A stretch of 52,774 nt of DNA from Spizellomyces punctatus DAOM BR117 (Eukaryota). This document shows positions 1 through 11,579 of this stretch, piece after piece. The notes beneath the pieces are model-generated. The model saw nothing but the letters and a program-made list of their open reading frames with translations, was not told the origin of the DNA and ran no database searches. Both the position numbers and the translations under genes were made by a program. The stretch is taken from NCBI GenBank assembly GCA_000182565.2, contig KQ257452.1; one strand, written 5' to 3'. The first letter of the stretch is position 1, and every line of letters begins with the position of its first letter.

Positions 1-214
1 CCGCTACCTAAATCGCTCAAACAAACACTTTCACGGCTGAAACATTCCCGCGCATCCAAATAAAAGACTACCCTAGAGAAAAAAAAAACAAACGCAAACC
101 CTCACAGTCTAAAGCAAAACAAATGGCTGTGATCAAACCGTTTCCCTTTACGGCCCAACCACATGGGTATGACGAGAGTCCCTGGAACCCATGCACAATT
201 CATTGCGAGAAAGT

Positions 215-2314
215 TTATTTCTTCAGCAAGCCTTCCAATTGAGCTTCAAGTTGACGTATCCGTGCATCGCGTTGTGAAAGCTGGTTTTTAAGGTCATCAT
301 TGTCCTTTCGCAAGGTGTGGTACGCGTCTTGGTACTATTTTAAATTCGACATGTTATCAGTTAGATTTCAAAGTAGGAAGGCATATTGAAAGCAAACATC
401 GCTATCCTGTACCTCCTTTTCTGTCGATGGGAGCTTCTCGGCGCCCGCCTCCACTACAGGAGCAGTTGTTACAAACTCCTTGGCGGGTGCAGCAGTGAAC
501 CCGGTCTCCAAGCTGATAAGCTTGGGCTGCGCGGTTTTGCCGGCAAAGAACTCATCAACGGTCAAGGCGGGCTCCGGACCAATGGTTTCTGGGTACAGGT
601 CCGTTTGGAAGGCGTCCGACTAAGTTCAGATCTCGAATTAGAAAAGAAATAGTATGTAACGATGCCAGGAGCAGTCTTGTACCTTACGGGGGACTTTGAA
701 AGAAATGGGCTCAACAAGAGTGGGATGAACTTTGTACGCACGTGCAATCTCCGTTTCATTGACAGATACAGCACGCTTGGGTAAGAATCCGATGCCACGT
801 TGAGGTTCAGCTGATTTGTACTCGGAAAGGAAGTAAAGACCCTTTTCATCATCCACCCATTCGTAGTAGCGGATGTTTCCATCACCCTAGTGGAGGACTT
901 AAATTGTAACTAACTCCTTCTGCAATGGTCTTCAAAATCACGTCATACCTTGCCCGCCAGGTACAGCATGCTCGTGTCACCATCGTAGTAAGGCATCAAC
1001 ATGCTAGCGGCGACATGCGATTTCAGTCCCGGATCAAGCATAAATAGGACAAAATGGCAATACTTTACCCAGAAGCCGTGTCAATGGTCTCCTGTTTAAG
1101 GGGCTCGGCCAAGTTGTTCGAATCGTAAATGAAAACTTGACGATCACTGGTTCTGCTGAAGCCCGTAGTGCAAATACGGTTGCTGTTGCCCATCCACGTC
1201 ACGCGAGCACCTTTGACACCTTGGTGTCCATTGGTTTCCTACTCAATGAAATGCAACTAATTAGCCCACCGGCTATTGACGGCATGCCATCCAATCTCAC
1301 GATAATACCTGGACGACTTTGTTAGCCCGAACATCAAACACTCGGAGTTTCTTGTCCTTGCACGTTGTGACCAGCAAGGTACCGTCGTAGTTCCAAGACA
1401 ATGCTTGGATAATCTCGGTGTGGCCAGTAAGCTCTTGTTTTTCCGCTCCTTTAGAGATATCCCAGAGTTTGATCGTGAAATCCGCACTAGAACTGGCAAG
1501 AAGGTTGTCCGCGGTGGGGTGGAAGAGGACATGGCCGACCTTAACGAAGCATGACGTGTTTAGGTAAGGATTTCTTCAAAAGTTTTTACGCGAATAATCA
1601 CCTTCCGCCCGTGTCCAGTCAAAGTCAGAGCTGGAGTGGAAATGCTCTCAGTCGGGCCTCCCTCAGGAATCGTCCAAACCATAACCTGCATGCATGTTCA
1701 GCACAATGTTACAAAACCGGTGAATTGATCACGCTCTTCGGACCTTGGTATCTTCGGACGCAGATGCGACAACATGGTCATTAAAAGGGTTGAAATCGGT
1801 GTCAAGCACAGCAGCAGTGTGACCGTTGTATACTGGAAGTGTTTCGGGTAACTTTCCGGTGGTTCCATGTGGAATGACCGCAAATGCACCACCTATACGC
1901 ATACCGGCGAGTTAGCACGCCGCCACTTGTTCTCCGTATCATTTCATTTCACAGCGGTCCTAATGTAGGGTGAACGAACCTCCTCCCGCTTCCAAGTTTA
2001 CGGAAATGAACAATGGGTTGGCCTTGACAAGGTTGGTATCCCAGGCGTTACGCGAAATCTGCATCACGTAGGTCGTTAGTCATATAATTCTCACTTCCTC
2101 TAAGAATACGCATCCAGTCTTACAAACCTTAACATTGTCGTAACATTGGTCGCGCTTGGTAGCATTTCCAAAGACGTGACGGTCTATAAACAACCAATAC
2201 TTTGGTTTAGCAAACCACTTGTTGCCATCTAGAGTCCATCATCTGGCTCTCCAACGACTGAAGGCAACGCTGCCACCGCAACTTACATTTGGACGCACGA
2301 ACGAAACGCGACAT
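215..2314 (-). CDS. CRN1: Coronin (WD40 actin-binding protein), multi-exon
   Basis: Starts MSRFVRASK|YRHVFG. Exons encode ISRNAWDTNL, GHTAAVLDTDFNPF, GHVLFHPTA, YYDGDTSMLYLAGK and PQRGIGFLPKR...VEPISFKVPRK. C-terminal coiled coil ends LEGLLKK-stop at 215. Confidence 0.93.
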
Positions 2315-3376
2315 TTTAGCGAATTCTTCTGTAGCTTTTCCAAGACTTGACTATACTCTACGTTGTCAATATGAGTAGATAAAGGTAGGAATTGAAGCGG
2401 TCAGTTATGGACCACAAAAGCGGCTCTTCAGATGTGCCATGGTTGCCATCACAAGCGCGTTTGTGGGGCAAGATGGTTCCAGTTCTGCTCACCTTTTTAC
2501 GCCAATAAACCGCCGTAGGAAGGAGGAATGAAGCATATGAGTGACTATTGAGCAAAGAGTCAGCTCTCCTTGTGATTAATTACCTTTTTTACGCAGCCGC
2601 TATCCCAATGGAGACAAACTAACGTTTGCGTTTTGTACGAAGGCTAGCTTGGAACGGAGGGGGGGTGGATGGACCTCCAGCCACAATTGCCTCAACGGCT
2701 ATTTTGGGCCTAATGGATTACCTAATCCGCGTTCCGCAGTATTCAAAAGACTCGTGCAAAGGGGCAAGGAAACGGACAAAACAAACAGCGTTTGGGTCGT
2801 CTAGAAGTTAAAGGAAGACATGAAAGGTATGAAAGAAGATCAGGAGGGAAGATCAAGTCGTATTGAGCAAACGAGCCGTTTGTTTTTGTAAGTCGCCTGG
2901 TACTGGAAAGGAATACTGGACAACCTCGGGGTGATTGACATCAGCATCCAATCTACTTTAGGATATTATCACTCTGTATTGTACCTTTCATTCTTACAGT
3001 GTCATAGTCTAATGTTATTCCTTAACCGTGAGATATCTGCTCATGTAACTTAACTTCGTAATGATAAGAACACAGGACAGTCCATTCGAATCTTGTCTCA
3101 TACTCACTACAACTGGGCTACTATGCCAGATTCATGTTCTCATGATCTTCGTCAGAACCCAATGTGCACCTACCCTACATAGTTCCAGATCGTATGAAAT
3201 GAAAATTATAAAGCGCGAAGATCGTCCTCATATGGAAGACAATTCATTCTCGTCTCGTTGGAAAAAGTGGGCCATGGCCGACCTTGATCAACTCCAGCAT
3301 GCCCGCCCGTCCAGTTGGTAGTGGTCTAACCGCTCCATTTAAAAAGCCAGCACTTTGTATGGACGGCGAAAAGGTT

Positions 3377-3434
3377 ATCTTCCTTGAGTATCTTCCAACA
3401 CGTTTGAACCTGGAAGTGCTAAAAAACCAACTCG
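3377..3434 (-). repeat. ~58-bp inverted copy of MED9-like exon 2 (5450-5506)
   Basis: Reverse complement matches 5450-5506 apart from one substitution and two homopolymer-length changes. Both copies translate to LALPGSNVLEDTQ. Confidence 0.9.
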
Positions 3435-3743
3435 ACGTTTTCGAGGCAGTATGAACGCCTTTCGACAAATTAGAATAGGCTGACACAATAAGCTTCCCTC
3501 TAGCAATAGATTGCTCGTTGCGGCCAAGCACATTCGGTCGGCTTGTTGGCCATGCGAGAAGAGGAACGCATCCAATATTTTATTGTAAGTAAATACCGAT
3601 AAATTCCTGCCCAACTGAATATATGTTCATTCACGAGTTTGATCACAATCTACAATGCCTACGATGATCTTTCAGTCCATTGGACCCATTTCCTACACGG
3701 CAGAAGCCCGTGGACCATGTCGCAAATTGTCGGCCAAAGTGTC

Positions 3744-4951
3744 TCATCTAGACTTTCGGGCGTCATCGGATCCACCGAGCTTCCTCTCTAGCTCCACATA
3801 GCGATCGGTCAATCGCATGTACTCTGTTCAAATTAATCGTATTTAAAAACTGTAAATGCAACCGCCGATGCTCGATGATCGTACCATCATGTGTCTGCTT
3901 CGCCTGTTTCTTCACGATTTCCACCTCACGAATTTGCTTTTTCGCTTCTTCAAGCTCCTTCTTTAAATCAGCGATCTCCTTCTCGCGATCCTACAGAGCG
4001 AGACTGAATAATGAGCAATCGAATGAGCATTCCTGCTACTACTTACCTGCTCCTTATCCAGCAGACGCTGTATTTGGCCATGTATAGGTAAGTTCCTTTA
4101 CCATGAAACGCATATAAAAATTGATTCTACCATGTATTCCTTGGACTGCTTAGCGGCTTGTTGCTTTAAAACCTATGAAAATTGGAAATTATCAGCACTT
4201 TATGACGTATGCAGACGGGGCCACCTTGCACTTACCTCTGCTTTTGATTCGTTGGTGACCAGCTCAGTAATCATCGAGAAAAAGCGGTTCAACAGCAGTG
4301 ACAAAAATAGTACCGCTCCAGTCAAGTACCTGAGACCGCAATATGAGGCAAGGTTTAACCGGGACGGTCCTCGAGATGACTTACAAATTGCGCTGATCAT
4401 AAAAGAGTCGGGCACGATGGTAAGGGTCGTGATGGTGATCGGTCGGATTCGCATCCTCCTTCCGCATCGTCCGATTCAAGCTGTCTGTAGCGGAACATCA
4501 ATTAAGAGGTCGGTCGACTTCGATCTCATGCCAAAAAGCCAAAAATCAAGCAATTATGTACCCAGAAACATAATGAAGACGTATACAAATACAATCTTCA
4601 GCCACTGCTTCGCTTGCGCTATTACGGGGCTTTTGGACATCCATATCTGTTGAAAATGAGTTTAGTTTTGAACAGGTCAGCATTGGCTTGTACATCGATC
4701 GTACCAGGAACTGACGCTTGAGACTCAAAGGAAGTGGTGCTAAACCATGAGAGTAGTTCATAATTGTAAGGCCGGCATCTCAGACTCCAAACAACAATTC
4801 GACTATGTACCAATGAGGAGGGTAAATAGAGCCATCTGGAAGCGAGTTGAGGGTTGAGGATATGAGAAACACACCAGCAAGCTTCGGCCCAAACCAAAGC
4901 ACTCACCTCGGCCGCCAGAATAACAAACACTATCTGATAGAAGAGAGACAT
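3744..4951 (-). CDS. BAP31/Yet3-family ER membrane protein, multi-exon
   Basis: Starts MSLFYQIVFVILAAEV, followed by FIDSI and a QRNLYLTGAVLFLSL-like motif. C-terminal coiled coil EYMRLTDRY ends in the dibasic tail RKSR-stop. Confidence 0.85.
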
Positions 4952-5112
4952 TTTGGCGAATAGGCTTCTTCAACAAGAATGGTGCCAACTAGTGAACAAG
5001 AGTCAAAGAAGGATTTGATGGCTGTTGATCCTGGGTGGCATGACGCGTCCCAAATCCAAGGTTTCCGGACGCTCAAACCTACCAATCTCAACAAATGATT
5101 GGCGCACACTAC

Positions 5113-5664
5113 ATGTCCTCCGACGCAGATATCAAATCCGAATACCCATCTGCACCAGGCAGTCCAACAACATCAGTAACTAGCTGCACGTCTGAAGGAA
5201 CAGCCCCTTCCGACCAAGTTGCGGAGTTCGATCGCGATGCCTTCAAGTTTATGCCCTTGATAGTGCGAACACTGGAAATCATGCACCGAGCGGACGTGAC
5301 AGGGGACGAGACCACCGGATTGCCAGAGGAGGTGGATAGGATGGTATGTAGCTCATGGTTTTGTTATCAACCCGTGACCAATAGTAGAAATCTGACATTG
5401 TGGCCCATTCTCAGATTCGGACTTTAAAAAACATGATACGGGAAGCACACGAGTTGGTTTTAGCGCTTCCAGGTTCAAACGTGTTGGAAGATACTCAAAG
5501 GAAGATTTTGGAAAAGGACCTGGCGAAACTTTCCGCAAAAAGGTTCGTCACGCTCCCTGCAAATGCGATAGGCCCCTTTTCTCACAATACCTGATGTTAG
5601 AGATCGTATCAAGGCCTTTCTACCTAATGAGACGGAAGAGAAGAATGCCATGGAGATGGATTAG
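5113..5664 (+). CDS. Mediator subunit MED9-like protein (3 exons)
   Basis: FKFMPLIVRTLE...IRTLKNMIREAHELVLALPG...LAKLSAK helical pattern resembles Med9. GT-AG introns at about 5344-5414 and 5543-5599. Confidence 0.55.
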
Positions 5665-6334
5665 CGGGTGATCCCATCAGCCTTCCTTTGCGCTAATGGG
5701 TAGGCACTAAGTGCAACCTGGAGCACTACATATGAACATCAGCCGCGCCAAGCATGACCTTACCACGAGTAACCTTTCCGTATGTTACATCCTTTCCGGG
5801 GTGTCCGACCATTGAGGTTTCCGGCACCGTGTACGACGTGCCGTACGTTCCAGACGCGGAGGTTTACTCTAGAGGCTCTACTGCATAATCGGGAACATTC
5901 TATCACGGCATCTCATTGCATCTTTCGTCGTTTTGCAGCCTATGGGCTATGTGCCGAATGCTAAACGGAGCAACACAGCCAACAACTGAATCTTCTTGAG
6001 TGTTCAATTATCTGGCCCTGACGCATTGCTTGAGTAGCAGAAGTGACTGTACATAAGCCAATGATCAGTTTCATTGAATACCGTTGCAAGAATTTGTGGC
6101 CGGCGGTGAAAATACTGTTCCGAATAAAGCTAAGGAGGTGAAGACCTATGTATTGGAAACAACCATGGTCGTAAATTGAAAGAAGTGTAATTACATATTG
6201 TTAAATCCTGACTGTGCCAAGTTAAGGGAAGGATTTCGGCATTGGTACAAACACAATTTACCCATTAGATACCATTTGAGTCATATATTCACCAGACGGA
6301 ACCATGATCGCTCTGAGTGAAGCCTCATTGTATC

Positions 6335-7663
6335 CTATCTGCGGCCACTATACCGGTCCCCGTCTCTCTGCCTATATGATTCGCGACTTCTTTCTCTGCT
6401 ACGCGAAGGCGAATATTGTCTATCATAATGTCTTGACCTTTCCCGCCGGCTATCATCTGTTCGTCTTCTCCTCGACAAATCATCACCACGCCCATCTCGT
6501 CTCTCGACCCTCAATTCTTTCATACCACGTTCTTTGCTATGATCTCGTCCTTTATCAAAATCTTTTCGCTGCGCGGTATCATGTATGTCATATCCTTCTC
6601 TGTGTCGATCGCGGTAACTTTGCTCCACGCCGCGCTCATACGGTGAAACACCGCGTCTGGTAGATCTTTGGTCGCGGCGTGAGGGCCGATCATCGTCGCT
6701 ATCTACATGTCTCTTCCTCCGTTCAGGTTCTGTCCTAGATTCTCGCCCTTGTTCTTCATTTATCGATTCTGCCTCCCCTCTCTCTTTTCTTTTCTTTTTC
6801 TTTTCCTTTTTGGCTTTCTTGGCCTCTTTCTTTGCCTTCTTTGCCGCCTTCCTTGCAAGGTACGCCCGCATTGGATCCTCCTTGTCAAGCTCTTCTGCTA
6901 TTCTTCGTGCCTCGTCCATCTCGGACTCAGAAGAACTAGAATCAGCCCCTGCGTCAAAAATATGTAAGCATATTGATGCAAATAGGAAAGAACTCCGAGG
7001 TATACCATCTGGCTTTGGCTCTTTAGGTCGCAAATGTGGCGGAAGAATATGCAGTTTTCTTTTTTTCTCCTCCTCCTCGTCAAAATCATCGTCCTTTTTG
7101 GGTCCGCGATATTTCGCTACATGGTCGACCCTTATAGTACGATTTAGAATCTGCAGTTTTGAGGGAAACGTCTTGGGTTGGGTCGAGTACTTTGAGAGCA
7201 AAAATGCCATTTCTGGGGCCATCTCGAGTGTACCTTAATACCGTTGAAATTGTCCACCGCCAAGGTGGTGCTCCTTTGGTCCTCAAAGGCAACAAAGGCA
7301 AAACCTTTGCTCTTCCCTGACTGCTTGTCCCGCACAAGGTTGAGATCTACAATCTCTCCGTACTGTGAGAACACCGCAATCAGGTCGCCCTCCGTCAGTT
7401 CATAGGGTATTCCTCCAACAAATACATAGGCAGAGTCCTGTAATTCAAAGTAAGGCAGGCTCGACCAGGCAAGGATGGATCATGTGAGGATGAGCTACAA
7501 ACCTTGTACTGTGAGTGCCAGGATGCGGAATCTTTGATGTCACGGAAAAGTTCAGCAGCGTTCAGCCGTTCAATTTCTTTTACAACGCTACAATAAAGCA
7601 AGTGCGATAAGTTTGAAGCAATGACTGAAAGAGCCCCAAGTCTCGTACGGCCGCTTACTTCAT
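6335..7663 (-). CDS. RBMX2: RES-complex RRM protein (RBMX2/IST3/Snu17)
   Basis: VVKEIERLN...SWHSQYKDSAYVFVGG, RNP1 KSKGFAFVAFEDQRSTTLAVDNFNG, RTIRVDHV, DPM motif and an R/D/S-rich tail. Confidence 0.93.
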
Positions 7664-9308
7664 GAGGATGAATGAGCGGAGTAAGCCTATGCTCGACCAT
7701 CTGTGAACCACCACGATTGATGACTGATATTGTGGCACAGCACCATATCCCAAAATTTTGTCGCCAACGTCTCTCCGTCGCTGTCAACCAACGACGAGCA
7801 AATCTGTCCTACAAACCAGTGAAATCATATAATCCTTCATAGCAACTACTGCATCTTTACGCCGACACATCTGCATATCTGTGTACCTACTCTAGGATTA
7901 TTTACCATGTCTCATTACGATACATCAGTGCCAAAAGTGATAGCAGAGAATCCCAAACTGCTGAAGTACCGTCGACGGATATTAAACCCACGTAAGCTGC
8001 AACTACGTTAGCGACCCTAATCTACGGTAATGTTAAAGCGATGATACGTCTCTAATAGGACGATTGGAACCGACACAGGGAGTGAGAACTATAAAAGTGG
8101 CAGGGAAATTGGGAATGGTTGGTGCGGTCTTCTATATGGTACTCATGGCGGACTGGGGAGAGGGGGAGCACTGTTTCAGTGGGGTGAGAATATCTTGATG
8201 TGTTAGATGTGTGACTGCAGTCTCTTAATGGTTGTACGGCGGGTAGGTGCGACGATTTTATGATGAGAAGAAGCGAGAGTTTTTCACACTATCAGAGGAG
8301 GATGAGCGAGGTGGGTTTGGAATCACCTAAGAGATGCCGTTGGAGGCACTTTCGAAGAACTTTGGCAATATGCAGCCTTTTCAACTTCCAACTCACCCAT
8401 TCCGTTTTCAGAATTGCGATCAAAAGGCAAGATCGTACCACCTGCAATAAATCCTGCAGATCAAACCCCGTCGTCACCGAAAGGCATTGGACCTTTTATT
8501 AGAAGTGGAACTAGTGGGTAAATCGATCCCGAATGGTTGCAGATATGTACTATCGTATATTTTAACCGGATATCAGGAAACAACAAGTATGAGTTTGTTA
8601 TTTATGCTAGAACAGTTGCTTAAATAAATATAATATATGTTTTTTGACCAAGATGTGGTCCGATGTAGATATGAACAGATTGTTTAATGTACTATTACAA
8701 GGGAAAACTTTGGAATTTCGAGATGCGCGGTGATGGTATCAGAGATCCCATATGTCCAAATTTACCTAACATACGGCGTACATTCCATCAAAGAACATCC
8801 ACAATTCAGAGGCTGTGTGTGATCTACCTCCATTGCCGAATTGGATTTGGGAAGACGAACCATCCGCAGACCACAACGCCGTCCTCCGTAAGCCCCAAAT
8901 GGCGGCACAGGGAGAAAAAAGTCACCCAGATCCAACAGTGCAAGTCATCGTTGCGTCAGACGCCAAGAACATCTGCTCCAAGGAGGAAGGGCTTCGGTGG
9001 CCTGATTGTGGCACTGACGGGTTCCCTGGTCGTCAGTCTCGTCACGCTTCGAAGGTCAGGCCCCAAGGTTGTGACGGAAGGGATTCCACGACTACGCCAC
9101 CTGCGCGTACTCACGTGGCGCTGCGCACCGCCACTGGACGTCATTCCGTTGTCGTCGTCCGTAATCCTCTTGGATGACCTCCCAAAGTGGGCATCGTTGG
9201 AATATAAAAGCTGGCGACAACGGACGGCATCTTCTACTCAAACAACCAAAATACCATAACATTCAGCTACTTTGAGAAACAAAGCAACAAAAGCAATCAA
9301 ATATCATT

Positions 9309-9747
9309 ATGCACGGCCATCATCACAACCCCAACCTTGTCAACACCAACTCGACTGCTTATCCAACTCAAACCACCACGGCAACCGGGATTCCATCTAC
9401 CACTCACCACCACCACACGACTCCCACAACCGCATATCAACCGGGTATGAAGACCAATAACGTGACGGCTACGAATCATCCCACCGCTCCCAATTCTCAC
9501 CCGAGTCGAGTTCATGCCGCCGTGGAGAATGCTGTGGGATCCATGCAGGTAGCATCCCGCTGTCTTTGAATGACAGAGCTGTCTCATGATACTGATATGA
9601 TCGCATCTGCAGTCGTCTATTGGTCGCATGACCAACAATCCAAATACCATTATCAAAGGAGAAGAGAAGAAAGTAGCCGCACGCGCTGAAGCAGATATGG
9701 CAAAATTGAGGCACGCCAAGAAACAGCATGCTTCCATGGGAATTTAA
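9309..9747 (+). CDS. Small T/H/N-rich protein with CsbD-like C-terminus (2 exons)
   Basis: Intron at about 9549-9612 joins AVENAVGSMQ to SSIGRMTNNPNTIIKGEEKK, a CsbD/stress-protein-like pattern. Confidence 0.55.
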
Positions 9748-10163
9748 TGTATAAATGTTTAGTAGTATTGGAGTTGTAAACACAGAGTTGTAAATAGAAA
9801 TTATGACACATGCTCGTTGTGAAAATTTTGTACTTCTGCCGACAAGATCACTACTTGTCTCGTTCAAAGCGCTAACTACATGTTCCAGCTTTCAATTACC
9901 CTATTCTACCTTGGGTTCAAAGATTGAAAATGCACGGATAGTGCGTTGCACTCTTCCCACATTCTAATTGAATCCACAGAGAGAGTTAACGGGTCGGTTG
10001 ATGGTGGTTCATGATCGCCTGCTCCCGCTGGCAGATGCATCAGGAGGTAAACTTTATCCCTTCCTTTGCTGCGTCCACTTGAACGACCAACCCGCTGAAT
10101 CTCTGTCCATTGTGGAAGAAACCGGTATCAGAGTATCAATGGTTATGGCTTTAAGCCGTTCAG

Positions 10164-11317
10164 TTAGTGCTGAGCCTTCTTGGTTCCAATCTTCGGGCAC
10201 AACATTGCAGCAGGACACTCTGCACAACCTGGTTTCTGGGCGCGACACAATGTTTGCCCGAACCCGACTAGCAGAGGATTGATTGGGCCCCAGTACTCTT
10301 TTGGAAGCCACCGCTCAAGACTTTGTCTGGTGGCTTCCGGGTTCTTCGTCCGGACCCAACCTAGACGATTACTGATGCGGTGAACATGCGTGTCGACGGC
10401 AATTGCAACATCTCTGATCATAGATTGTCAAACTACCGAAGCAGGTCGCGAAATCAGTTGTATGCTGGTTACTCACTTGTTCCATGCTATCGACATGGTC
10501 AATGCGGCCTAAATAGTGCGGAGAATATCAGAATTATGCACAACTGGAAGCAATCCACTGTAAGCTCCTACTATTTTAGGGCCAACCCCAGGAAGGGCGA
10601 GTAGCTCTTCCCAGGTAGGAGGGATATCGCCGTCATATCGCTCGTGCAAAACTCTACTCGTTGCCAGCAGAGATCTGGATCATAAAGGTTTCAGCCAAAT
10701 TGCACGGCCATACACGAAACTACGGCGACACAAAACTTACTTTGTTTTCTGGTTTTGCATTCCGATTGTCGCCAGACAGCTTTTAATCAGTTCAGGATCC
10801 ATCGCTAATAGGGCATTCGGGGTCATGCCTTCAGGTGTGTGGGATTGGAGCAGTCTCATGGTGGGAGCCAGTTTCAAGTCGGGTGTTTGAGCCGAGAGAA
10901 TAAGCGATACAAGTGTCTCAAAACGATACACCTGAATCAAATGCGTTCAGCAAGCAAAGCAACTGTTTGGAAAGGACGACAGCGTATATGATTTACCTTG
11001 TCACCAAATTCTTTTCTGCCGAGGACGGCACACCCGCAGGTATCTACAGGTGCCTCCACCCGCTTCCTATACGCTTCAATGCTAGTCCACACATCTTGCC
11101 ATTCGCCTTTATCGGACCTTGACGCCTCCTCTTTGATTTCTGCCTTTACCGTTTCCAGAGCAATCTCTTGGAGATCGTAGCGAATCGGAACATGCTTAAC
11201 CGCGGGTCGCTTCTTTGTCGGGCGCACCTTTGTTTGCTTTCCAAATACGGTAGCGATGGGACAAACTGTCTCCACGACAGGAGCCGCTGATCGGGGACGG
11301 AGTCCCGGTCGTGGCAT
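10164..11317 (-). CDS. NTH1: Endonuclease III / NTH1 DNA glycosylase
   Basis: [15 protein letters not shown], HhH motif [22 protein letters not shown] and the 4Fe-4S motif C-x6-C-x2-C-x5-C. Confidence 0.95.
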
Positions 11318-11418
11318 ATGTGGTTTTGAACTGTGAGATATGGGTTATCATCTCCTCCCAACTTGGATTTTACATGTCGAGGGGCTTAGCCGAACCCATG
11401 GGGCGTAGCAAATTCATA

Positions 11419-11446
11419 GTGCGGAGCCGATGGGAACTGGCACTAG
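11419..11446 (+). repeat. Left terminal inverted repeat
   Basis: GTGCGGAGCCGATGGGAACTGGCACTAG versus the reverse complement of the right end, GTGCGGAGCCGATGGGTATTGGCACTAG. Confidence 0.95.
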
Positions 11447-11522
11447 TACATAGATTCCAACCGATTTAATCATAATTTTACTCGATTTAGACTCATGAAC
11501 TATGGTTTGATCCAAAAAATCC

Positions 11523-11530
11523 TATATAAG
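11523..11530 (+). promoter_or_regulatory. Candidate TATA box for the Fanzor mRNA
   Basis: TATATAAG about 55 bp upstream of the ATG at 11580, inside the element. Confidence 0.35.
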
Positions 11531-11579
11531 TTGTCGTGCCCATTTTCCCAGGCTTTCATCTTTTCCCACAGATATCATC

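Noticed and set aside
8687-9259. 190-aa ORF and overlapping ORFs
   Set aside because: No recognisable motifs or splice structure. It lies in the upstream region of the 9309 gene, which includes a TATAAAA at ~9203.
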